The notes under the pieces were generated by a model, which searched no databases, was not told where the DNA came from, and was given only the letters and a program-made list of their open reading frames with translations. A program made the position numbers and the translations under genes. Below are positions 1 through 9,112 of a DNA stretch of 64,000 nt, piece after piece (the first letter of the stretch is position 1; the number at the start of each line of letters is the position of its first letter). Origin of the DNA: Alphaproteobacteria bacterium (lineage in GTDB: Bacteria > Pseudomonadota > Alphaproteobacteria > CALKHQ01). Where the stretch lies: assembly GCA_965227515.1 (NCBI GenBank), contig CBDDFZ010000002.1, positions 288,001 to 352,000 of the forward strand, given 5' to 3'.

Positions 1-559
1 CGAGGTGTCGAAGGCGTGGCGCGAGCGCCATTCCGGCGACGACCGGCTGCTCGGCGCCTATGCCGATTTCGCGCCGGAGGCCGCGACCTTCCCAAATGGC
101 TGCCACATCTGCGAGCTGGAAGTGGACCCGGACAGCGGCGATGTCGAAATCCTGCGCTACACAATCGTCGACGACTTCGGGAAGGTCATCAACCCGAAGC
201 TGTTGACCGGGCAGGTGCACGGCGGTGTGGGTCAGGGCGTCGGCCAGGCGCTGTTCGAGGGCACGGTCTACGGCGACGACGGCCAGCTCGTCACCGGCTC
301 GTTCATGGACTACGGCATGCCGCGCGCCGACTATTCGCCAATGATCCAGTTCCGCTGGAACGAGTTCCCGTGCACGACCAACCCGCTGGGCATCAAGGGC
401 TGCGGCGAGGCCGGCACCATCGGCGCGCCGCCGGCGGTGATCAACGCCGTGTTCGACGCGGTGGTGGACGAGGGCGTGGACCGGATCGACATGCCGGCGA
501 CGCCGCTGTCGATCTGGCAGGCGCTGCAGAACGCCAAGACGGCCCAGGCGCCGGAGTAG
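1..559 (+). CDS. Xanthine dehydrogenase-family molybdopterin-binding subunit, C-terminal fragment (5' end outside window)
   Basis: ORF runs off the left edge; motifs DDFGKVINP, GQVHGGVGQG, FMDYGMP and KGCGEAG (catalytic Glu). Confidence 0.9.
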   Translation, partial: EVSKAWRERHSGDDRLLGAYADFAPEAATFPNGCHICELEVDPDSGDVEILRYTIVDDFGKVINPKLLTGQVHGGVGQGVGQALFEGTVYGDDGQLVTGSFMDYGMPRADYSPMIQFRWNEFPCTTNPLGIKGCGEAGTIGAPPAVINAVFDAVVDEGVDRIDMPATPLSIWQALQNAKTAQAPE

Positions 560-572
560 GGCGTCGCCGCCG

Positions 573-2033
573 TCACACCTCGTCAAGCGGGAACAGCGGC
601 CGGTCGACGGCGGTGAAGGGCACGCGGCGCATGTTGGGCGCCGTCGGGCCCGGCGTGTCGGCGACCAGGATGCGGTCGGCGAGTGCGCCGTAAGCGGCGC
701 GGAAGTGCGACGGCGACTTCACGAACACCAGCCGCGCCGAAGCCGGGTCCAGCCCCTGGCTGGTGAACAGCGACGTGTCCCACTCGAACAGCGGTTCGGA
801 GCGCACGGCGACCCGGATGCGGCCGATGGCGAGCACCGCCGAGGGGCCGGTGTCGACCTCGATGCCGTTGTCGGTGCGGTGGCGGCCGGATTTCACGCTG
901 ACCACTTTGGCCGTGGCGGTGACCGGCGCACCGTCTCCGGCGGAGAAATGATGGCCGAGCGCTGTCGTGATGGATGCGCCTGCGCCCGCGCGGTGGGCTG
1001 CGTCCGCCGCTGCCGGGTCGCATAGGGTCAGCAGCACCAGCCCGTCATCGCCGTCAGTCTCCGCCTCGATCAGCGCGCGCAGCACCGCCGCACTGTCCGC
1101 CGCGGACCCGCCCGACGGCGCATCGCCGGCATCGCTGACGACGGTCAGCCCCGGCCCGGCGAGCCCGATGCGGATTGCAGCATCGAGCGGCGTCAGGTCC
1201 GGCTCGAAGGCGTGGCGTTCCGCCCACAACGCATCGGCCACCGTGTCGGCAACCTCTTGGGCACGGTCCGCATCGCCGTCGACGCAGGCGAGCACGCTGC
1301 ACCCCAGCCCCGGCACGTCCAGCCACGGCTGCACCGTGAAGATGGAGACGTCCAGCACCGCTGGATCGCGGCACAGATCGTCGGCCGCCGCGCGCACCCG
1401 GCGCATGGCGGCGGTGTCGGTGGTCGACGAGATCGGGCTCACGATCATCGGCCGCTTGGCCAGCGCCATGCGTGGCTGGCAACGGCCCGCGATCGCATCC
1501 AGCAGCAGCCGCGCGGTCTTGGCGCCTGTTTCCGCCATGTCGAGGTGGGGATAGGCCTTGTAGCCGACCAGGTGTGTGTTCGGTTGCAGCATGCGCGGCG
1601 TCATCAGGCCGTGCAGGTCCAGGCTGACGCCGATGTGTATGTGGTCCGGGACCGCCGTGCGCACCCGCGCCAGGATCTCGCCGTCGGCGTCGGCATTGTC
1701 CTCGGTCATCATCGCGCCGTGCAGCGCCAGCAGCACGCCGTCGAGCGGGCCGGCCCCTGTCAGCCCATCGACGATCTCACCGAGCAGGTCGTCGAATACG
1801 GCGCGCTCGACCGGGCCGCCGGCCATGGTATAGGCGGCGACCAGCGGCACCGCCGCCGCGCCAGCCTCGGCCAGTACCGTCAGGAACCCCGACATTTCGA
1901 CTTGCGAGCCCGCCAGGTGTGCCGCGATGGCATCGCCGCGATGGATGTAGCCGTGCTCGAACGCCGACCGCCCGGTGGGGAAGGCTGCGAAGCTGTTGCT
2001 CTCCTGCATGAAGCAGGCGACGGCCACTTGCAT
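573..2033 (-). CDS. MlrC-like M81 family metallopeptidase/deacylase
   Basis: 486 aa; QESNSF, LHGAM, DLHG, YPHLD, DAPSGG and VKSPSHFRA motifs typical of the MlrC family. Confidence 0.85.
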   Translation of the reverse strand: MQVAVACFMQESNSFAAFPTGRSAFEHGYIHRGDAIAAHLAGSQVEMSGFLTVLAEAGAAAVPLVAAYTMAGGPVERAVFDDLLGEIVDGLTGAGPLDGVLLALHGAMMTEDNADADGEILARVRTAVPDHIHIGVSLDLHGLMTPRMLQPNTHLVGYKAYPHLDMAETGAKTARLLLDAIAGRCQPRMALAKRPMIVSPISSTTDTAAMRRVRAAADDLCRDPAVLDVSIFTVQPWLDVPGLGCSVLACVDGDADRAQEVADTVADALWAERHAFEPDLTPLDAAIRIGLAGPGLTVVSDAGDAPSGGSAADSAAVLRALIEAETDGDDGLVLLTLCDPAAADAAHRAGAGASITTALGHHFSAGDGAPVTATAKVVSVKSGRHRTDNGIEVDTGPSAVLAIGRIRVAVRSEPLFEWDTSLFTSQGLDPASARLVFVKSPSHFRAAYGALADRILVADTPGPTAPNMRRVPFTAVDRPLFPLDEV

Positions 2034-2047
2034 GTCTATTTCCTGAC

Positions 2048-2147
2048 CAGCTAACGCTGGAGTCTGCGCCAGCCCTCTCCCCCACCCGACCGCCCACGAA
2101 AGTATCCTGCTGGGTGGCCGGGTGGGGGAGAGGGCCGGTGCCGACTC
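2048..2147 (-). repeat. Structured palindromic repeat, family A, copy 1
   Basis: About 37-bp imperfect inverted repeat (GCCCTCTCCCCCACCCG...CGGGTGGGGGAGAGGGC) plus a small hairpin CCAGC-GTTA-GCTGG; close copy at 43013-43117 and diverged copy at 32843-32971. Confidence 0.85.
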
Positions 2148-2166
2148 ACATCAAGCGCAGCGCGCT

Positions 2167-3798
2167 TTAGGATAACGGGCGAAGCTTCGCCGTGCCCATC
2201 ATCAGCGCCACCGCCCGGTCGGCGACCGCCATGGTCGGCGCGTTGGTATTGGCGTGCGGCACGCTCGGCATCACCGAGGCGTCGAACACGCGCAGGCCCT
2301 CCACGCCGCGCACCTTCAGGTCGGCTGACACCACAGCATCCGGGTCGTCGTCGGTGCCCATCCGGCAGGTGGCGGTGGGGTGCCAGTTTGTCTTGACCGT
2401 GCGCTTGCAGTGGGCCGCCAGCGCCTCGTCGTCGGTGACGTCGGGGCCTGGAACGATCTCGCGCGTCACCACGTCGGCCATCGGCCGCGTTGTCAGCACG
2501 TCGCGGGCATAGCGCACGCCGGCCATCTGCAATGCGAGGTCGGCCGGGTCGCGCAGGAAGCCGGGGTCGATCGCCGGCAGGTCGCGCGGGTCGGCCGATT
2601 TCAGGGTCACGCTGCCGCGCCCGCGCGGTTGCAGCACGCAGGCGGTGAAGGTGACGCCGTCGGCCGGCTTGATCTTGCTGACGTTGCTGTCGAGGTAGAC
2701 CGAGGGCACGCAATAAAGCTTGATCGTCGCGGGCTTCTCCGGGTCGTCGGGGTTGACGAAGGCGCACGCCTCCACCCCGTTGGTCGCCACCGGGCCGCTC
2801 TTGAAGAGCGTGTATTGCAGCCCGTTGCGCAGCATTTTCAGTCCGCGATCCTCGCCGAAATAACCATAGTGGCCGTCAGTCAGCGCGATAAGCGGCACCT
2901 CGTGGTGGTCGTGCAGGCTGCGGCCGACGCCGGGCAGATCGACCCGTGCCTCGATACCGTGGGCCTTCAGCTCGTCGGCGGGACCGATGCCGTTCAAGAG
3001 CAGGATCTGCGGCGAGACCAGCGCGCCGGCGGTCAGGATGACTTCGGCCGCCGCATTGGCGCGGTCGACGGTGCTGTTGCCGCGCCGCACGAAGTCGACG
3101 CCCTCGCACCGCGTGCCGTTGAACCGCAGGCCGACGACCTTCGATTCCGTGCGCACCGTCAGCTTCGGGTTGTCGCGCACCGGGTCCAGAAAGGCGGTGA
3201 CGGCGCTGCACCGCTGGCGGTTGCCGATGGTGTATTGCATGAAGCCGGTGCCGGCCTGGACGGGGCCGTTGAAATCGTCGGCGAACGGGATGCCGCGCGC
3301 CTGCATGGTGCGGATGTAGAGGTAGCTCATCTCGCAGGCGTTGCCGGGGTCGCTCACTTTCAGCGGGCCGTCGATGCCGTGGTAGTCGTTGTGGAGGCGC
3401 TGGTTGCCCTCCTGGGCGATGAAGTGAGGCAGGATGTCTTTGTAGCCCCACCCGGCGCCGCCGACCAATTCGTCCCAGCCGTCGTAGTCCGACGGGCGGC
3501 CGCGCAGATAGACCATGGCGTTCACGCTGCTGCCGCCGCCGAGCACGTTGCCCTGCATGATGATCTGTTCGCGGCCGTCCAGCTGCGCTTGCGGGCTGGA
3601 GATGTGGTCGGTGATGTAGCGGCTGCCGTTGATGAACTTCATGAAGCCGGCCGGCATGCGGAACAGAGGGCTTCTATTCGGCCACCCGGCCTCCAGCAAC
3701 AGCACGCGTGCGCCGTGTTCGCGCACCAGCTTGCCGGCGGTCACGCAGCCGGAACTGCCGCCGCCGACGACGATGTAGTCATAGTCCGCGCCCGTCAT
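2167..3798 (-). CDS. GMC family oxidoreductase (choline dehydrogenase-like)
   Basis: Start set at MTGADYDY; GGGSSG FAD-binding motif, LGGGSSVNAM, WHPTATCRMG, PHANTN. Confidence 0.9.
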   Translation of the reverse strand: MTGADYDYIVVGGGSSGCVTAGKLVREHGARVLLLEAGWPNRSPLFRMPAGFMKFINGSRYITDHISSPQAQLDGREQIIMQGNVLGGGSSVNAMVYLRGRPSDYDGWDELVGGAGWGYKDILPHFIAQEGNQRLHNDYHGIDGPLKVSDPGNACEMSYLYIRTMQARGIPFADDFNGPVQAGTGFMQYTIGNRQRCSAVTAFLDPVRDNPKLTVRTESKVVGLRFNGTRCEGVDFVRRGNSTVDRANAAAEVILTAGALVSPQILLLNGIGPADELKAHGIEARVDLPGVGRSLHDHHEVPLIALTDGHYGYFGEDRGLKMLRNGLQYTLFKSGPVATNGVEACAFVNPDDPEKPATIKLYCVPSVYLDSNVSKIKPADGVTFTACVLQPRGRGSVTLKSADPRDLPAIDPGFLRDPADLALQMAGVRYARDVLTTRPMADVVTREIVPGPDVTDDEALAAHCKRTVKTNWHPTATCRMGTDDDPDAVVSADLKVRGVEGLRVFDASVMPSVPHANTNAPTMAVADRAVALMMGTAKLRPLS

Positions 3799-3948
3799 CT
3801 GTTGTCCTTCTTGTTGCCTGCGGCGATGGGTTCGCCGCATGGGGGTATGGCCGGTTGCGCCGCGCCGCCGCCGCCGCTAGCGTCGAGGTGTTGCCTCACA
3901 AAGCCTCGCCGCCGGCCCGGCGCGGGGACAGCCCGGGACACGCCTTTC

Positions 3949-4941
3949 ATGACATCCATTGCCACCGATCTCGACTTCGACCGCGACGGCCGCCAGGTCG
4001 GCGTGCTGCGGCTGCCGCATTCGCCGCACCTCGACGCCTGGGGCAGCGTGCCCATCCCGGCAGCGGTGGTCAAGAACGGGACGGGGCCGACGCTGCTGCT
4101 GACCGGCGGCAACCACGGCGACGAGTACGAAGGCCCGGTGACGCTGGGCGAGCTGATTCGCGATCTCGATCCCGGCGCGATCCAGGGCCGGCTGATCATC
4201 CTGCCGGCGATGAACACGCCGGCGGTGAAGGCCGGGCGGCGCACCTCGCCTGCCGACGGGCTGAACATGAACCGCACCTTTCCCGGCGACCCGGTCGGCT
4301 CGACCACGCAGCAGATCAGCCACTATGTGGCGAACGTGCTGATGCCGATGGCCGATGCGTTCGTCGACGTGCACTCCGGCGGCAGCTCCCTGAACTTCAT
4401 CCCCTCGGCGTTCCTGCAGCCGCCCGCCGACCCCGACCTGCGCAAGCGCGGCGAGGCGGCGGTCCGCGCGTTCGGCGCGCCTTACGCCGTGGTCGGCGAC
4501 ACCCTGGGCGAGCCGCGCACCGGCACCGGCGCCGCCGTTGCCAAGGGGCTGCTGGCGCTGAGCAGCGAGATGGGCGGTGCCGGCGTGGTCGACCCCGAGG
4601 CGTTGGAGATCTGCCGCGCCGGTGTGCGCAACCTGCTGGTCCACTTCGGGCTGATGGAGGGGGCGCCGGCCTCGCCGTCCACCGACGGCCCGCTCCTCGA
4701 GATCAGCGGGCACGCCTCCCACGTCTATGCCGCCGAAGACGGCGTGTTCGTGCCGGCCCACAAGCTCGGGACCCACGTGGAGGAAGGCCAGCCGGCCGGT
4801 GCGGTGCACTTCCTCACCAACCCCGGCCGTCCGCCGCAGCCATTGGCCTATGGGCAGTCCGGCCTGTTGATCTGCCACCGCGCCATCGGCCGGGTCGAGG
4901 CCGGCAATTGCTGCGCCGTGGTGGCCAGCGAGGTCGGCTGA
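3949..4941 (+). CDS. Succinylglutamate desuccinylase/aspartoacylase family deacylase (DoeB/EutE-like)
   Basis: ATG at 3949 within a long ORF; GGNHGDEYEG, NMNRTFPG, DVHSGG, SEMGG motifs. Confidence 0.85.
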   Translation: MTSIATDLDFDRDGRQVGVLRLPHSPHLDAWGSVPIPAAVVKNGTGPTLLLTGGNHGDEYEGPVTLGELIRDLDPGAIQGRLIILPAMNTPAVKAGRRTSPADGLNMNRTFPGDPVGSTTQQISHYVANVLMPMADAFVDVHSGGSSLNFIPSAFLQPPADPDLRKRGEAAVRAFGAPYAVVGDTLGEPRTGTGAAVAKGLLALSSEMGGAGVVDPEALEICRAGVRNLLVHFGLMEGAPASPSTDGPLLEISGHASHVYAAEDGVFVPAHKLGTHVEEGQPAGAVHFLTNPGRPPQPLAYGQSGLLICHRAIGRVEAGNCCAVVASEVG

Positions 4942-4985
4942 GGCCAGCGGCGTAAGTTGCCCTCACCCTTGTGCCCTTACTCCAC

Positions 4986-5073
4986 CGTCATGCCCGCACT
5001 TGTTGCGGGCATCCACGTCTTTGGGTCAGCCGATGACAAGTCGTGGATGGTCGGGACAAGCCCGACCATGACG
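4986..5073. repeat. CGTC-type REP dimer, family B, copy 1
   Basis: CGTC-ATGCCCGC-ACTTGTT-GCGGGCAT-CCA and an inverted partner hairpin; lies between convergent genes. Confidence 0.85.
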
Positions 5074-5100
5074 ATTGTGATTGATATCTAATGTGTAGCC

Positions 5101-6108
5101 CTAACCCTGCGCCACGTCCGCCGGGGCGCCGCTATTGAGCGAGGCAAACAGCGCGTCCAGCACCCGCACCGCCTGCAACGAGCGCTCCACCGGCTCCACG
5201 AACGGCTTGTCGTGCAATAGCGCATCGGCGAAGTGCACGATCTCGTCGCGCAGCGCGCCGGCGATCTGGCCGTTGATCTCCGGCCACAAATGGGTGTCGG
5301 GCTGGGTGGTCCCCTCCGCGCCGATGAACTGCAGGCCCTGGTCGTAGACGTCCAGATGAGCCGCACTCTTGGTGCCGACGACGTCGAAGCCGGCGGCGTA
5401 GCCTGACGGCAGGCCCTCGGGCCACGACCAGCAATAGTCGATATTGCCGATGGCGCCGTTGGCGAAATTGACCACGGCATAGACCGCGTCCTCGATCTCG
5501 TTGCCCAGCTTGCGCACCTGCTGGGCATAGACGCGGGTGATGTTGGCGCCGGCGCACCATTGCAGCATGTCCACGTCGTGGACGCCCAGATAGTACATGA
5601 TCGAGCTGGCGGCGCCGAGCCGCTGCGGCAGGGCGCGGATGGTGTTGCGCTTGGCGCGCAGGTTGATGACGTCGCCATAGTCGCCGCGCACCGCCGCATC
5701 GCGCATCTGCGCATAACGCGGGTCGAAGTGCAGCACGTGGGCCACCATCAGCCGCACGCCGGCGGCGTCGACCGCGTCCATGATCTCCTCGGCGGCGGCG
5801 GCGGTGTGCGCCATCGGCTTTTCCAGCAGCAGGTGCTTGCCGGCCTTGGCGGCGGCGACCGCCGGTGCGACGTGCATGCGGTCGGGCACGCAGATCGACA
5901 CCGCGTCGATGTCGTCGCGGGCGAGCAGTTCCTCGTGGGACTTGTGATAGTCGGCGCCCAGGGTGTCTGCGGTGGATCGGCCCAGTTCCTCGTTGAGGTC
6001 GGCGACCGCGACCAGCTCGATGTTCGGGCTTTCGGCGTGGATGCGGGCGTGCAGTCCGCCGATGAACCCCAGGCCGATCACCCCTGTCCGCAACGTCTCA
6101 CCGCTCAT
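5101..6108 (-). CDS. Gfo/Idh/MocA family oxidoreductase
   Basis: Start MSGETLR with GAGG upstream; GLGFIG Rossmann motif, LLEKPM, YLGVHDVD. Confidence 0.9.
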   Translation of the reverse strand: MSGETLRTGVIGLGFIGGLHARIHAESPNIELVAVADLNEELGRSTADTLGADYHKSHEELLARDDIDAVSICVPDRMHVAPAVAAAKAGKHLLLEKPMAHTAAAAEEIMDAVDAAGVRLMVAHVLHFDPRYAQMRDAAVRGDYGDVINLRAKRNTIRALPQRLGAASSIMYYLGVHDVDMLQWCAGANITRVYAQQVRKLGNEIEDAVYAVVNFANGAIGNIDYCWSWPEGLPSGYAAGFDVVGTKSAAHLDVYDQGLQFIGAEGTTQPDTHLWPEINGQIAGALRDEIVHFADALLHDKPFVEPVERSLQAVRVLDALFASLNSGAPADVAQG

Positions 6109-6190
6109 GCTTGGTCCCTCCTCGTGTTTGGTCAGTCTAGATCGCGTCAATTGGGAGCGCCATGCGGCTGTGGCCATCTGCCCCTGGCTC

Positions 6191-6206
6191 TGGCAACGTT
6201 GTTGCA
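6191..6206 (+). promoter_or_regulatory. Putative sigma54 (-24/-12) promoter
   Basis: TGGCAACGTTGTTGCA has exact GG-N10-GC spacing with TTGCA, about 48 bp upstream of the GMC ATG at 6254. Confidence 0.55.
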
Positions 6207-6253
6207 GGACAGTGGCGGCTCGACGCACGAGCGGGAACACCGGGGGGCACATC

Positions 6254-7852
6254 ATGGACGCGATAGACGCTCAAGAGTGGGACGTGATCGTCATCGGGGC
6301 CGGCTCGTCGGGCGGGACCCTGGCCAGCCGCCTGTCGGAGGACCCGGACCGCACCGTCCTGTTGCTGGAGGCCGGCCGCGACTACCGCGCCGCCGACACG
6401 CCGGACGACATCCGCTCCATCAACCCCTTCCGCGTGCTGCTGCCGGCGGAGATGCAGGAGGCCTATCAGTTCCCGGACCTGGTCTGCCGCCGCGCGCGCC
6501 TGCAAGACCGCCGCATGTACTGGCGCGGCAAGGGGGTCGGCGGCAGCTCCGCCGTCAACGGGCTCTTCGCGATCCGTGGCACGCCGGACGCCTTCGACGA
6601 ATGGGCCGAGCACGGCTGCGAGGGCTGGTCGTGGCAGGACGTGCAGCCGTTTTTTCGCGCCATGGAGGACGACCCGCTGGCCGACGAGGACAGCGAGGTC
6701 CATGGCCGCGGAGGGCCGATCCCGATCACCCGCGCGCCGCAGGAACGCTGGGGCGCGGTCGACTTCGCCATGCGGGCGGCGGCCCGCGACATGGGCTATC
6801 CCGAGACCGACGACCATAACCACCCCGACGCCGACGGCATCAGCACCTATGCCAGCAACAGCCGCGACCTGAAGCGCCTGACCATCAACGACACCCATAT
6901 CGAGCCGGCGCGCGGCCGCCCGAACTTCACCCTGGGCGGCGGCGCCCTGGTCGAGCGCCTGTTGTTCGACGGCCGGCGCTGCACCGGTGTGGCCGTGCGG
7001 GTCGGCGGCGAGAGCCGCGAGGTGCGGGCGCGCGAGGTGGTGCTGTCGGCCGGCGCCATCCATTCGCCGGCAATCCTGCTGCGCTCCGGCATCGGGCCGG
7101 CCGACGATCTGTCCGCGCTCGGCATCGATGTCGTGCACAATTTGCGCGGTGTCGGCCGCAATCTGTTCGAGCACCCGGTGGCGCGGCTGTCGCTGGCGCT
7201 GACCGACGCGGCGCGGGTGACCGACGAGGCGATCCGCCACTCCAACACCTGCCTGCGCTACACCTCGGGCATGGAGGGCGGGGGCCGCGGCGACATGTTC
7301 CTGATCGGCATGAACCACGGCGGCTTCAACTTCATCGACGCCGCGCAGTGGTCGGAGGCCGGGCTCTACATGATGCTCTACCAGGCGCTGTCGCGCGGGC
7401 GGCTGCGGCTGGTCTCGCCCGACCCGACGGTGCAGCCGGAGGTCGATTTCGACATGCTGTCGGACCCGCGCGACATGGCGCGCCTGCGCGACGGGGTGCG
7501 GCGGCTGGTCAAGTTCGGCCGCCACCCAGCGTTCCAGGAGATCGTGGCCCGATTCACCTGGGGCGTCACCGATATGGAACTCGACGCGTTCGACGACGCG
7601 GACGACGATGCGATCGACAATTGGCTGCTGGAGGACTGCGGCGACGGCCAGCATGCCTCGGGCAGTTGCCGGATGGGCGCGCCGGAGGACCCCCGCGCGG
7701 TGGTCGACCCGGACTGCCGGGTGCGCGGCATCGAGGGCCTCCGCGTCGTCGATTGCGCAATCATGCCGACCGACTGCCGCGCCAACACCCACCTGACCGC
7801 GGTGATGATCGGCGAGCACATGGCGGCACGCATGCGCGCCCCAACCCAATGA
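6254..7852 (+). CDS. GMC family oxidoreductase
   Basis: Start MDAIDAQ after GGGGG; GAGSSG, GGSSAVNG, QHASGSCRMG, RANTH. Confidence 0.9.
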   Translation: MDAIDAQEWDVIVIGAGSSGGTLASRLSEDPDRTVLLLEAGRDYRAADTPDDIRSINPFRVLLPAEMQEAYQFPDLVCRRARLQDRRMYWRGKGVGGSSAVNGLFAIRGTPDAFDEWAEHGCEGWSWQDVQPFFRAMEDDPLADEDSEVHGRGGPIPITRAPQERWGAVDFAMRAAARDMGYPETDDHNHPDADGISTYASNSRDLKRLTINDTHIEPARGRPNFTLGGGALVERLLFDGRRCTGVAVRVGGESREVRAREVVLSAGAIHSPAILLRSGIGPADDLSALGIDVVHNLRGVGRNLFEHPVARLSLALTDAARVTDEAIRHSNTCLRYTSGMEGGGRGDMFLIGMNHGGFNFIDAAQWSEAGLYMMLYQALSRGRLRLVSPDPTVQPEVDFDMLSDPRDMARLRDGVRRLVKFGRHPAFQEIVARFTWGVTDMELDAFDDADDDAIDNWLLEDCGDGQHASGSCRMGAPEDPRAVVDPDCRVRGIEGLRVVDCAIMPTDCRANTHLTAVMIGEHMAARMRAPTQ

Positions 7853-7859
7853 GCGCCTC

Positions 7860-8828
7860 ATGACAGTGCACGGCCTGCCCGACCTGACCGCGCTGGAGGA
7901 GGCGGTCGCCATCGTCCACGCCGGCATGAACCCGACGCCGCAGTACAACTGGCCGCTGCTGTCGGAGCGCTATGGCGCGGATGTGTGGGTGAAGCACGAG
8001 AACCACACCGCCATCGGCGCCTTCAAGCTGCGCGGCGGCTTCGTCTACATGCACAAGCTCAGGGCGCAGGAGCCGGACTGCCAGGGCATCGTCACCGCGA
8101 CCACCGGCAACCACGGCCAGAGCGTCGCGATCGCCGCGCGTGCCATGGGCCTGTCGCCGGTGCTGGTGTGCCCGGCGACCGCACTTGCCGACAAGAAGAA
8201 CGCCATGCGCGCGTTCGGCGGCGAGATCGTCGAGCACGGCCAGTATTTCGAGGAGGCGCATGCCCGCGCGCAGGACATCGCGGCCGAGCGCGGCTACCAC
8301 ATGATGGAGTCGTTCCATCCCTGGCTGGTGCTGGGGGTGGCGAGCTACGGCATGGAGCTGCTGTCTGCCGTGCCCGACCTCGACACGGTCTATGTGCCGG
8401 TGGGCCTGGGGTCCGGGCTGTGCGGGATGATCGCGGCGCGCGACGCGCTGGGCCTCCCCACCAGGCTGGTCGGCGTGGTGCCGGAAGGCGCGCCGACCTA
8501 CAAGCTGTCGTTCGATGCCGGCCGCCCGGTGCCGACCAACAAGTCGTCGCCTTTCGTCGATGCGCTCATCAACAAGGTGCCGAACGCGGTCGCCCTCGAT
8601 ATCGTCCTGCAGGGCGCCGACCGCTTCGTCACCGTCTCCGACGATGATGTCCGCGCGGCCATGCGCCACCTGTTCGATGACACCCACAATGTGGCCGAGC
8701 CGGGCGGGGCGGCGGCGCTGGCAGCCCTGGGGCGCGAGCGCGATGCGATGGCGGGCAAGACCGTCGCCGTCATCCTGAGCGGCGGCAATGTGGGGCGGGC
8801 GGACTTCGCCACGATACTAGCCGGCTGA
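7860..8828 (+). CDS. PLP-dependent threonine/serine dehydratase family protein
   Basis: KHENHTAIGAFKLRG (PLP lysine), TGNHG, PVGLGSG, LSGGN. Confidence 0.85.
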   Translation: MTVHGLPDLTALEEAVAIVHAGMNPTPQYNWPLLSERYGADVWVKHENHTAIGAFKLRGGFVYMHKLRAQEPDCQGIVTATTGNHGQSVAIAARAMGLSPVLVCPATALADKKNAMRAFGGEIVEHGQYFEEAHARAQDIAAERGYHMMESFHPWLVLGVASYGMELLSAVPDLDTVYVPVGLGSGLCGMIAARDALGLPTRLVGVVPEGAPTYKLSFDAGRPVPTNKSSPFVDALINKVPNAVALDIVLQGADRFVTVSDDDVRAAMRHLFDDTHNVAEPGGAAALAALGRERDAMAGKTVAVILSGGNVGRADFATILAG

Positions 8829-9112
8829 TCATTCCACGATCACGCCGCCTTGACGGCCTCGCGGAATCCCCTCTATCGTTTGAAGGTCAGGTTCGCCGGG
8901 AAGGCGACAAGCGGCAAAGTTTCGTGTGCCTGTTATTTGGCTCGCATAAGTTGTCGCAAGTGACGTGCAGCCCAGACAAGTTGTGGTCCGGAACGCTGCC
9001 GCTTCGTGGAAGGACGCCGAGGTTGCGATACTAGAGCGCTGTCGACCGTCCTGTTGATGCGGTCGATGGTACTCTTTTCGAAACCCGGCATTTCGAGAAG
9101 AGGGGATCATCG

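Noticed and set aside
1-559. First Mo-enzyme fragment and the 61322-63754 subunit as further CO dehydrogenases
   Set aside because: The first lacks its active-site loop within the window; the second lacks AYXCSFR
573-2033. Microcystin degradation pathway
   Set aside because: No mlrA/mlrB/mlrD-like genes; the M81 family is widespread with other substrates
2048-2147. Family A repeat as an integron attC site or CRISPR repeat
   Set aside because: The GTTAG-like end occurs in only one copy; copies are dispersed rather than arrayed; no integrase or cas genes
2380-3948. N-terminal extension making the deacylase 853 aa
   Set aside because: Antisense to the GMC gene; the family-like sequence starts at ATG 3949
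3949-8828. Ectoine catabolism (doe/eut) cluster
   Set aside because: DoeB-like and dehydratase genes are present, but no DoeA/EutD M24 hydrolase, cyclodeaminase or Ehu/Tea transporter
8829-9110. 93-aa minus-strand ORF in a lower-GC spacer
   Set aside because: Atypical codon usage and no motifs; better explained as the ABC operon promoter region
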